A DNA stretch of 64,000 nt, taken from positions 62,001 through 126,000 of the IMG/VR virus record IMGVR_UViG_3300025162_000016; one strand, given 5' to 3'. A program made the translations under genes and the position numbers. The notes beneath the pieces were generated by a model. It worked only from the letters and a program-made list of their open reading frames with translations, was not told where the DNA came from and ran no database searches. Positions 50,401 to 58,008 of this stretch are shown here, piece after piece (positions within the stretch are counted from its first letter, which is position 1; every line of letters starts with the position of its first letter).

Positions 50401-51566
50401 TTCCTAATTTATACCCACAAACAGAACAGATATCATCAAGTTGGGCTAGTGCATCTATAAGTGCAAGTTATTTATTTGGACCGCATACAGGATCTACTTT
50501 TGGAACATCTTCTTGGTCTAACAATTCCGTAACTGCATCTTATATTACTTCAAGTAATATTTTCGGTAATGTTACCGCATTTAGTTCATCTTGGTCAAGT
50601 GCATCAATTAGTGCTTCATATGCAATAAGTGCTAGCATCGCTAATGCAATTTCTTTTGTTCCTATTGCTAGTGTAAGTGCATCATGGGTAAGTGCATCTG
50701 TATTTATTACAACTGCACAAACTGCATCTCATATTACATCCAGCAATATTTTTGGAATTGTAACTAGTGCTTCTTACAGTTTCTCATCCTCGTATTCATT
50801 AACATCTAGTTATTTGAGTAGTTCAGTTATGGGAAATGGTGTATATAATATCGTATATCTCAATAGTGCAAGTTATGCCGCATTAAATCCTCCTGTATCA
50901 ACTACAATTTATGCGGTAATGTCCGAAAACTTTCGAGTTACAGAAATTGATGATTTAAGAATTACAGAAGATGGTGATATAAGAATTACACAATTAGGAA
51001 ATATTGTATTATATTTAGGATTGAATCCGATTTCAAGTGGTGAGAATATTATATCTTGTTCGTGGGCATCTTCTTCAATTAGTTCCAGTTATTTATTTGG
51101 ACCACATACAGGATCAACTTTCGGAACGGCATCTTGGGCAGTGAGTGCATCTTGGGCTGGTAATATTGCTGCTTCTGGATTTCCAACGATAATAGCATCA
51201 GGAAATTATAATACATATCCACAAGGAACAGATGTAATTATTATGACAGAATTAGCAACTATATCTAATACTGGGTTGTATAGAATATCTGATACTTGTA
51301 ATACTTATTTAACTTCTGCCGCCGCCATTTACTTCACTCGTAGTGTTGTTTGGTCGGATGAGACAAATACTAGACGTACTAGAAATTCAATCCAGTTTCC
51401 TACTTATGCCATTGGTGAGAGACCAGGTTTTTATGGTAATTGGGCCAATGATGTTTTTACTTTATCTATATTAACCGGAACTAAAGTATCTATAACAGAA
51501 AGTTATACTTGTAACGTACAAACAGATGCCTTTCATAGTAAGATTGCATTGGAAAGATTATTTTAA
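44439..51566 (+). CDS. Long tail fibre (2375 aa) with SASWASSS / YVPNLYPQT repeats
   Basis: Three Ser/Ala/Thr repeat blocks separated by globular domains; DHPQY-type motif. Confidence 0.75.
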   Translation: MSHEFVAKRGLISRGDVQVTGSLTATGVIFGHHTGSTFGTASWATNSLTTSYADSLTVNNDLTVGGILRAGQISSSFIYITSSYIVVTDNILTLNAQTPHVRYAGIEVWDSGSTDQMASVLWDGENNYFFISSSDAGYSKKIILGPSGEVDLTVGKIPVVTTGDSIGDSIIQQIGSEINITGNLVATSVTASLMGTASNAISASYVPNLYPQIIQTTVDSASWVSASVFITTAQTASYITSSNIFGKVTAFSSSWASASVSASYVPNLYPQTYQESGSWASSSISASYLFGPHTGSTFGTASWALSSSTAISASYSPVEPDYSSSVSLQIDTKQNNIVTGSTLPITASWANYISSSNIIGNVTAFSASWASASISASYVPNLYPQTYQESGSWASASLSASYSPVQPSYSASISDQFATKQDTLVIGNTYSITSSWANDAITASYISSSNIFGSITALSSSWASSSISSSYVPNLYPQVIQTTVDSASWVSASVFITTAQTASYVSSSNVIGIITAFSSSWASASISASYVPNLYPQTYQESGSWASSSISSSYATSASYVPNLYPQVTQTTVDSASWVSASVFITTAQTASYITASNIFGTVTSSSYALSASWSPQPAIPTSVPSSSWASSSISASYALTASFALNASALTSASWASSSLSASYLNAGANIYLSQSYIFANTNSIVPSFKPGQLWYDSLTHTYAIDTDKTDVRLQIGQENYVRIVAGELIANGNAVYISGSNINKLPIAYLAIADGTGLKNLVVGLSTQPLTIGEEGFATTVGVVNNINTSTLIDGDVLYLSDVTSGSFTNIIPLFPAEKVIVGTVLYSGISGKILVDLSQHTPREDFSVGVIDIPTLSNIGSTIYIGASKVNFCINLSGKGIIRSFTVPSASFTITTAFLDVQYILANYNNGNPIYQIATDMSTVDNIQTVPVATFTLGSGGNFSYVDWDSSGLLLSNKLERRIIDIYGAQRASGLEIGTSGSHITITSGTGYLGVKQLTFTSSSTANTNQFALVAHSASIWSGSFINGYVTTHYDDGINLRTLGSGKYVVNYVYRGIGSLNRSQVLLSPQYVNYGDAVKAIMPIPPAELSSISIFCGRIITQEGDGALLVESAFTTILSVAGITDHNLLNNIQGGTPGQYYHLSSASYAQMINGTASYAYTASYISSSNIFGNITAFSASWASASISASYVPNLYPQTYQVSGSWASSSISSSYLFGSHTGSTFGTASYAYTASYISSSNIFGNVTAFSASWASASISASYVPNLYPQTFQASGSWASSSLSASWAQSASIASTASYVSFSNIFGNVTAFSASWASASISSSYTLKSYWNDITKEPSGFPNRTDSTLSYDSASVKLMISGSNWKVYCNGNEFIKNNESIVISTPTKGQLYYIYYDTNGVLQQAVSEWSFVSGIASVCTVYIGAGAGNGFVSDERHGVLMDGMTHEYLHETMGPRYASGFAWTTTTASLGKYAISAGEWYDDDLEFKTTTILSSSLMAYYSGAMVVSTTETSSMYGGGTEKYNNTTLGTLVNITGGNAGCFFIYAINGISNNLVSIYGQRIDTSVANARTNNTPDTLIFGNFPFREAKLLYRVIVTTAGISETTDYRTAQYAGSTFTPTSHGSLTGLSNDDHPQYLLLAGRDGQAAATFTGSIVGSSSYATSASYVPNLYPQTYQVSGSWASSSLSASYISSSNIFGNVTAFSASWASSSISASYAPVQPSYSASISTQFGTKQDTLVTGNTYFITSSWSISSSYAPNLYPQTYQISGSWASASISASYATMAGTANAISFVPLTSTSASWVSASVFITTAQTASYITSSNIVGIITAISASWSSASISASYAPVQPSYSSSVSTQFGTKQDTLVTGTTYFITSSWSLNSITTSYITSSNIVGIITAFSSSWASSSISASYVPNLYPQTEQTSASWASSSISASYLFGPHTGSTFGTSSWSLNSITTSYITSSNIVGIITAFSASWASSSLSASYVPNLYPQTEQISSSWASASISASYLFGPHTGSTFGTSSWSNNSVTASYITSSNIFGNVTAFSSSWSSASISASYAISASIANAISFVPIASVSASWVSASVFITTAQTASHITSSNIFGIVTSASYSFSSSYSLTSSYLSSSVMGNGVYNIVYLNSASYAALNPPVSTTIYAVMSENFRVTEIDDLRITEDGDIRITQLGNIVLYLGLNPISSGENIISCSWASSSISSSYLFGPHTGSTFGTASWAVSASWAGNIAASGFPTIIASGNYNTYPQGTDVIIMTELATISNTGLYRISDTCNTYLTSAAAIYFTRSVVWSDETNTRRTRNSIQFPTYAIGERPGFYGNWANDVFTLSILTGTKVSITESYTCNVQTDAFHSKIALERLF

Positions 51567-51637
51567 ATTATATGGAATACATTTCACTGAAATATATCTA
51601 TTTATAAGAGATTACAAAAAATGAAATACGCCGAATT

Positions 51638-53035
51638 ATGTCAAATACACGAATAAGCAATTTAAATGCCGCTGGAACAATCACTGGAACCGAATTGATT
51701 GAATTAGTCCAAACCGGTACGTCAGTATATTCTACAATCAATAGTATAGCATCTACTACCACCGCCAGTTTATTGGGCGGTAATCCAAATGAATGGTTTA
51801 TAAAAGATGATATAACTCTGCCAGCTTTTGCTACCACTAATTCACAATCAATGGTCGTTAATAGTAATTTATTAATTTATATAAATAACAAACCGTATAC
51901 ATTTACTAGTGCTAGTAGCACCATTATAATGCCCGCTCTAATGCTCGCTGGAAATGATTATGGTATCTATGCTACTACCGCAAGTACTTTAATCGCTACC
52001 TATACCAATACCAGTTCCATTGAGTTAGGTGGTTATACTGCTCCTGCTGGATACGATGCCACTAACTCCAGATTAGTCGGCGGCTTCTACTTCGCTCATT
52101 CTGGCAGTGCCCCACTGTCAATGATCAGTAGATCTAGATCTGCAGGCGGTGCTGCAGCCTCCGCTTCAATCTCTATGAGTAGTGCTGCTCATGGTTTAGT
52201 TACTGGTGACTATATTGATGTAATATTGATGACCGATTTAACTTATAATACCACAAATATTCCCATCACCGCAAGTGGAACAAATATTATATTCCCAAGT
52301 TCAGGAACATCCGAAACATATGTCGGTGACACTGCCGGTAAAGTATACAAAATAAATAATCGGGGCATCATTAATCAATATAGTATCTGGGATCTAAAAT
52401 TCAAACCAAAATGCCCAGATCCCCGTGGTATGATATTAGTTAATGATTCCTTCTGGGTTGATATCTGGCTAACTGGTAATAACTATCTAACCAGTGGAAC
52501 CAGCAGAAAAGGTGAGAGAATTGCGGATGGTCAAGGCGGTGTATCGTATCCTCTAATTTCAACAAAAATGGGCGGAAATGGTACATCTAGATACGCAAAC
52601 TGCACTTGGTTCACCTCAAATGAAGTACTTGCTCACTGGGGAAAGAAACTTCTGAGTTATGCTGATTTCTGTGTTGCTGCTTTCAATGGAACAACAGAGA
52701 ATGGATCATATGGAACAGATAATCAGTATACCTGTAGACCTCCTGGTGCAATGTATACCAGCAAATGGGGAATGGAGCAATCCTATGGAATCATGTGGAT
52801 ATGGGGTGCAGATTTGAATTTTTATTCGGGAACAATTAACTATGATTGGCAGAATACTACTGAAGGCAGAGGTTATATGTACACAACATCCACAGGAACG
52901 ATTGCAGGTATATACGGCGGCAGTTGGAATGATGGTGTTGCTGGCTCTCGTAGTTCTTATTGGCATGATTATGTTTGGGATAGCAACTACAGTATTGGGC
53001 TGCGTGGTCGTTGTGATCATCTTGTTGTTCCGTAA
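51638..53035 (+). CDS. DGR target 1, Mtd-like receptor-binding protein (CLec fold)
   Basis: INQYSIWDLKF, DPRGM.LV..FWVDI, TSKWG, GRCDHL resemble Bordetella BPP-1 Mtd. C-terminal VR. Confidence 0.9.
   Translation: MSNTRISNLNAAGTITGTELIELVQTGTSVYSTINSIASTTTASLLGGNPNEWFIKDDITLPAFATTNSQSMVVNSNLLIYINNKPYTFTSASSTIIMPALMLAGNDYGIYATTASTLIATYTNTSSIELGGYTAPAGYDATNSRLVGGFYFAHSGSAPLSMISRSRSAGGAAASASISMSSAAHGLVTGDYIDVILMTDLTYNTTNIPITASGTNIIFPSSGTSETYVGDTAGKVYKINNRGIINQYSIWDLKFKPKCPDPRGMILVNDSFWVDIWLTGNNYLTSGTSRKGERIADGQGGVSYPLISTKMGGNGTSRYANCTWFTSNEVLAHWGKKLLSYADFCVAAFNGTTENGSYGTDNQYTCRPPGAMYTSKWGMEQSYGIMWIWGADLNFYSGTINYDWQNTTEGRGYMYTTSTGTIAGIYGGSWNDGVAGSRSSYWHDYVWDSNYSIGLRGRCDHLVVP
52910..53012 (+). repeat. 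DGR variable repeat VR1
   Basis: Differs from TR only at TR adenines, plus one 3-nt deletion. Confidence 0.93.
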
Positions 53036-53119
53036 CGGAGCGGAAGCGAAGTGGGAGGAACAACAGTAGCATTTCTGGTAGTATAGAAGAAAAATTTGGT
53101 ATAAATAAAAATAAATAAT

Positions 53120-54499
53120 ATGGCAACGAAAAAAATAAGTGAATTAAATGTAGCTGGTACTATTGGTGGTAATGAGATGGTGGAATTGGTACAGAGTGGA
53201 TTATCTGTACGATCTACAGTTAGTAATATAATAATTACTGCCAGTGTAGTGAACGGTAATACCAACAATTTTTTTGTTAAATTAAATTATAAAACGCCAG
53301 CATTTGCTACTAATAATTCTCAATCAATGGTGGTAAATAGTAATTTATTAATCTATGTAAATAATACCCCGCACAATTTTGCCAGCGGCTCTTCTATCAC
53401 CATGCCCGCCACTATGCTCGCCGGAAATGACTACGGTATCTATGCCACCATCGATAATACCCTGATAGCTACGTATACCACTCCCAGTTCCGTGACTCTC
53501 GGAGGTTATACCGCTCCTGCTGGATATAATGCCACTAACTCCAGATTAGTCGGTGGCTTCTACTTTGCCCATTATGATAGCTCACCGCTCTCAATTCTCG
53601 GAAGATCTAGATCGTCTGGTAATTCTTCAATCTCTATGAGCAATGCTGTTCATGGTTTAGTTACTGGTGACTATATTGATGTAATCCTAATGACCGATCT
53701 AACTTATAATATCGTAAATGTTCAAATTACTGTGAGCGGTACCACTATAACTTTCCCAAATCCAGGATCAAATGAATCATATACCGCAGATACCGCCGGT
53801 AAAGTATACAAAATAAATAATCGGGGCATCATTAATCAATATAGTATCTGGGATCTAAAATTCAAACCAAAATGCCCAGATCCCCGTGGTATGATATTAG
53901 TTAATGATTCCTTCTGGGTTGATATCTGGCTAACTGGTAATAACTATCTAACCAGTGGAACCAGCAGAAAAGGTGAGAGAATTGCGGATGGTCAAGGCGG
54001 TGTATCGTATCCTCTAATTTCAACAAAAATGGGCGGAAATGGTACATCTAGATACGCAAACTGCACTTGGTTCACCTCAAATGAAGTACTTGCTCACTGG
54101 GGAAAGAAACTTCTGAGTTATGCTGATTTCTGTGTTGCTGCTTTCAATGGAACAACAGAGAATGGATCATATGGAACAGATAATCAGTATACCTGTAGAC
54201 CTCCTGGTGCAATGTATACCAGCAAATGGGGAATGGAGCAATCCTATGGAATCATGTGGATATGGGGTGCAGATTTGAATTTTTATTCGGGAACAATTAA
54301 CTATGATTGGCAGAATACTACTGAAGGCAGAGGTTATATGTACACAACATCCACAGGAACGATTGCAGGTATATACGGCGGCGGTTGGACTGATGGTGGT
54401 GTTGCTGGCTCTCGTAGTTCTTATTGGTATGATTATGTTTGGGATAGCAACTACAGTATTGGGCTGCGTGGTCGTTGTGATCATCTTGTTGTTCCGTAA
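53120..54499 (+). CDS. DGR target 2, Mtd-like receptor-binding protein
   Basis: Paralog of target 1; C-terminal half looks identical outside the VR. Confidence 0.9.
   Translation: MATKKISELNVAGTIGGNEMVELVQSGLSVRSTVSNIIITASVVNGNTNNFFVKLNYKTPAFATNNSQSMVVNSNLLIYVNNTPHNFASGSSITMPATMLAGNDYGIYATIDNTLIATYTTPSSVTLGGYTAPAGYNATNSRLVGGFYFAHYDSSPLSILGRSRSSGNSSISMSNAVHGLVTGDYIDVILMTDLTYNIVNVQITVSGTTITFPNPGSNESYTADTAGKVYKINNRGIINQYSIWDLKFKPKCPDPRGMILVNDSFWVDIWLTGNNYLTSGTSRKGERIADGQGGVSYPLISTKMGGNGTSRYANCTWFTSNEVLAHWGKKLLSYADFCVAAFNGTTENGSYGTDNQYTCRPPGAMYTSKWGMEQSYGIMWIWGADLNFYSGTINYDWQNTTEGRGYMYTTSTGTIAGIYGGGWTDGGVAGSRSSYWYDYVWDSNYSIGLRGRCDHLVVP
54371..54476 (+). repeat. DGR variable repeat VR2
   Basis: 106 nt, colinear with TR. 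About 16 mismatches, all at TR adenines. Confidence 0.95.
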
Positions 54500-54551
54500 C
54501 GGAGCGGAAGCGAAGTGGGAGGAACAACAGTGGCATTTTTTGTGATTTATT

Positions 54552-54902
54552 ATGGATGAAAATATAAAACAACTTGAAATTATTGAAAAATACGAAGAAT
54601 TTGTTAATTATATTTATCCAATTTGTATAAATATTCCTAAAGGTGGGCATGTAACATTGAGGAATAAGATGACCGAATGTATATTTAACCAAGTGGAATT
54701 ATTTGTACAAGCGAAAAAATCTAATCAAATATCAAAACTTTACTTAGCAGATGCGGGATTGGCTCTGTTGAGATTTTATTTACGGTTTCTGGTTCACCCA
54801 AACCGAAAACTTATAAGCAACAATCAACATAAAGTAGCAACATTGCATTTGTGTGAGGTTGAGAATATGTTAAAGGAATGGATAAAAACTATGAAGCCGT
54901 GA
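54552..54902 (+). CDS. avd: DGR accessory variability determinant
   Basis: 116-aa helical protein between target and TR (SKLYLADAGLALLRFYLRF). Confidence 0.85.
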   Translation: MDENIKQLEIIEKYEEFVNYIYPICINIPKGGHVTLRNKMTECIFNQVELFVQAKKSNQISKLYLADAGLALLRFYLRFLVHPNRKLISNNQHKVATLHLCEVENMLKEWIKTMKP

Positions 54903-54917
54903 TGGGTTGATTGTGTA

Positions 54918-55023
54918 AAAAACGGCGGCAATTGGAATAATGGTAATATTGCTGGCTCTCGTAGTTCTAATTGGAATAATTATGTTTGGAATAACAACAA
55001 CAATATTGGGCTGCGTGGTCGTT
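54918..55023 (+). ncRNA. DGR template repeat (TR)
   Basis: AAT/AAC-rich copy of the VRs between avd and RT; the 3' IMH* diverges (CGTTTTGTGACG vs CGTTGTGATC). Confidence 0.93.
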
Positions 55024-55216
55024 TTGTGACGATACGATGTATTTTTGGAATTTTTTGTTTCTATATGATTACGGTTATATAGACAAGACCAATAATTATG
55101 TTTGAGAAATAACAACAAATGGTCAGCATAATCATCCTGCGATAAGCAAACAAATAACGGGCAAATTGTGGTGAATAGTAGAGGGTGAACTCAAATTTCA
55201 CCACAATTTATTTTCT

Positions 55217-56215
55217 ATGGGTAAAAAATATAAAAATCTAATACATTTGGTGGTAGATGACGATAATTTACGTAAAGCATATGAACAAGCAAGAAAAAAC
55301 AAACGATATAAGAGAGGGGTGTTAATATTCAAGGAAAGATTGGAATATAATTTACAACAGATCAAAAAAGAGATTTTAGAAAAAACATATAAAATTGGTG
55401 CATATAAAGATTTTACGATATATTATCCAAAAGAAAGAAAAATCTCGGCTCTACCATTCAAAGATAGAGTAGTTCAACATGCATTATGTAATATTATAGA
55501 ACCTATATTTGATAGATATATGTTTTCCTGTAGTTATGCTTGTAGGAAAGGAAAAGGAACGCACCGATGCATGATGAAAGCAAGGGATATAATCCGTGCG
55601 GTACCAAAAAATAAACCATTGTTCTTTCTAAAAATGGACTTTAGAAAATTCTTCCCTTCCATAAACAAAGAAATATTATATAAAGAAATAAATCGAAAAA
55701 TAAAAGATAAACATATCATGTGGTTATTACATCAAATAATACCACCTATTGGAAATGGGCTTCCTATCGGTAATCTAACCAGTCAATTATTTGCCAATGT
55801 TTACGGAACTATTTTCGACAGATATATAAAACAATTTCTGCGAGTAAAACATTATGTCAGATATATGGATGACACCGTTATTATATCCACCGATAAAGCA
55901 TATCTTATATCAACTCTCCAAAAAATAACGTGGTTTATAAAAAATATATTAAAATTAGAATTCTCCAAATGGTACATAGAAAATATTAAAAAAGGACTTA
56001 ATTTCGTGGGTTATAGAATATTTAGATCTCACATTCTTATCAGAAAATCGTCAGTGGTTAGATGTAAAAGAAAAATTCAATCCTATTTATACCACGAGAA
56101 GTACAAAGAATTGTACAGATCGCTAATAAGTTGGAGTGGACATATTAAATGGTCAAACTCATACAATTTAGGACAACATATAGAAAGACAAATACAATTA
56201 TGGCAAATGAATTAG
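55217..56215 (+). CDS. DGR reverse transcriptase
   Basis: PFKDRVVQHA, KMDFRKFFPSI, GLPIGNLTSQLFAN, YVRYMDD, NFVGY. Confidence 0.95.
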   Translation: MGKKYKNLIHLVVDDDNLRKAYEQARKNKRYKRGVLIFKERLEYNLQQIKKEILEKTYKIGAYKDFTIYYPKERKISALPFKDRVVQHALCNIIEPIFDRYMFSCSYACRKGKGTHRCMMKARDIIRAVPKNKPLFFLKMDFRKFFPSINKEILYKEINRKIKDKHIMWLLHQIIPPIGNGLPIGNLTSQLFANVYGTIFDRYIKQFLRVKHYVRYMDDTVIISTDKAYLISTLQKITWFIKNILKLEFSKWYIENIKKGLNFVGYRIFRSHILIRKSSVVRCKRKIQSYLYHEKYKELYRSLISWSGHIKWSNSYNLGQHIERQIQLWQMN

Positions 56216-56496
56216 GAAATATTACAACGTACAACCTTTTGAAATCAGAAGGTGAATTATGGCAATCCGCCGCAATAGCAGCAATGAAAGCTGCGGTAAA
56301 CATAAAAAATGAAAGTCCAGAAACGCAAAGACATACCGAAAGAATGCAATGGGCAGGTAATGTATTATCAAATCCGGATACTTGGGTAACCGCTCATAGA
56401 TGGGATATCATACAAAATCCTACTATCGCAACTAATGGACATACTTCAACTGATAGTGATATCGAATATGTCGTGGCTGGATTGGTGCCGGTATAA
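56200..56496 (+). CDS. Small tail-region hypothetical protein
   Basis: ATG 56200 overlaps the RT stop region. Confidence 0.5.
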   Translation: MANELGNITTYNLLKSEGELWQSAAIAAMKAAVNIKNESPETQRHTERMQWAGNVLSNPDTWVTAHRWDIIQNPTIATNGHTSTDSDIEYVVAGLVPV

Positions 56497-56602
56497 ATAA
56501 TTAAAACTATCAATTATTCAAAAATTCCAAATATATATACTTATAAACGATGAACTATAATTCGGTTCAGAGAAAAACTTAACTAAGAAAGATATTAAAT
56601 CT

Positions 56603-56866
56603 ATGGCAGAAATTAAAGTCGAAAAACAAACAGTAACAAGCATGTATCCAATTCAATATAAATTCACTACCTACAAAACAGTGAGCGATATTAATGGAGC
56701 CGAAGTCCAAATTGTAGATACTACCGAAATTCGAACCACTGCGGACCTGGAATCTGAAATAACCCAACTCAATTCCCAAGTCACTTCCGTCCAAGCCAGA
56801 ATTACCGCCGTTCAAGCTAAACAAACACTGATCGCTGATCTGTTAGCCGAAGAAGTTACTCCCTAA
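56603..56866 (+). CDS. Small coiled-coil protein, possible fibre chaperone
   Basis: Heptad-like C-terminal helix. Confidence 0.5.
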   Translation: MAEIKVEKQTVTSMYPIQYKFTTYKTVSDINGAEVQIVDTTEIRTTADLESEITQLNSQVTSVQARITAVQAKQTLIADLLAEEVTP

Positions 56867-56896
56867 TCAGAATTAGAATTAGGTGCCCATCATGAA

Positions 56897-56926
56897 CCCC
56901 GTATTTTTATGAATACGGGGATTTTT
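56897..56926 (+). terminator. Intrinsic terminator
   Basis: CCCCGTATT-TTTATG-AATACGGGG plus ATTTTT. Confidence 0.7.
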
Positions 56927-57019
56927 GACGTACATTATTAATATTTTTAAAGAGGAATATGATTGGTGGGCGACTTTCTGTTCCTTCTCTATATTTATGA
57001 TAGAGAATAATATATTAAT

Positions 57020-57979
57020 ATGTTAACCGATGCCCCAAATAAATTAGAGTCAGTTTGGATACAACGAAACACCGGTAACCAATTTTATGAGCAGATTAAC
57101 ATTTCCGGCTCAGATCTGCTTATATATCACTCTTCCAGCGGAGAATTACAAGCCGATAAAATATCCGTTTTTATGGCGAAGTATGCGCCATCCGCTACCA
57201 CTTCATTAAGCGCATCATGGGCTTCTTCTTCTCTCAGTACTAGTTATATAGCATTCGATGGTAATAGACCGATATCTCGGAATGATCCTAACTTTTTCGG
57301 TATTAATGTTGGTGGAAATAATATGACAGATTTTTTAACTAATTTTTTCTTCCCGTTTTTATCAGCAACGGTTGCAATTAATTCAGTTGGACCCTATTTT
57401 GAAATTGGGACTAGTCAGAATATTACCATAAATGCATCCGTTACTGTTAATCAGGAAACTATATTTGGGAGCGGTAGTATATTAAAAGATGGATTAATTG
57501 TTTTAAATTCAGCTACTCCTACTGCCGGATTTTCATATGCTGACACCGGAGTTACTACCTATCATTCATATATAGCAAAAGTACAAACCGATAATAACGG
57601 TTCTCCTACGTTAATTCAATCAAGTACACAAACCGCCACTTTTATTTATCCATATTTTTATGGCACATCAACAAATCCGGCATTATCAGGAACTACACTC
57701 TATACCACCCTTACTAAAGTGGTTGCCCCATTGGGTAATCCACAATTAAATTCAATTGCGGAAGTAACTGCAACTTATCTTTATTTTGCCTTTCCTGCCA
57801 CCCATGCGGATGCAATTGACGCACTTGATCCTAACTTATTCCATGTTTTAACCGCATATAATAAAACCACAGTATCGGTTACTAGTGTAGGATTAGTCAG
57901 TAATTGGACAACAAATTATACAGTTTACCGTTGGTCAACGATAGCGAATTTCAAAGGAACCTATACGTATACTTTTTAA
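57020..57979 (+). CDS. Tail-associated Ig-like/beta-rich protein
   Basis: SASWASSS motif; FIYPYFYG and YLYFAFP motifs. Confidence 0.6.
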   Translation: MLTDAPNKLESVWIQRNTGNQFYEQINISGSDLLIYHSSSGELQADKISVFMAKYAPSATTSLSASWASSSLSTSYIAFDGNRPISRNDPNFFGINVGGNNMTDFLTNFFFPFLSATVAINSVGPYFEIGTSQNITINASVTVNQETIFGSGSILKDGLIVLNSATPTAGFSYADTGVTTYHSYIAKVQTDNNGSPTLIQSSTQTATFIYPYFYGTSTNPALSGTTLYTTLTKVVAPLGNPQLNSIAEVTATYLYFAFPATHADAIDALDPNLFHVLTAYNKTTVSVTSVGLVSNWTTNYTVYRWSTIANFKGTYTYTF

Positions 57980-58008
57980 TGAAAAATCACCCGTAATAAA
58001 GATATTCT

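Noticed and set aside
44990-50830. Regularly recurring DNA repeats as a possible CRISPR array
   Set aside because: The repeats are in-frame, vary at synonymous sites and lack a constant repeat with unique spacers. No cas genes are present.
52706-55118. Alternative-frame and antisense ORFs over VR1, VR2 and TR (52706, 52842, 54167, 54303, 54870)
   Set aside because: They recur only because the DNA is repeated, and have no independent coding signal.
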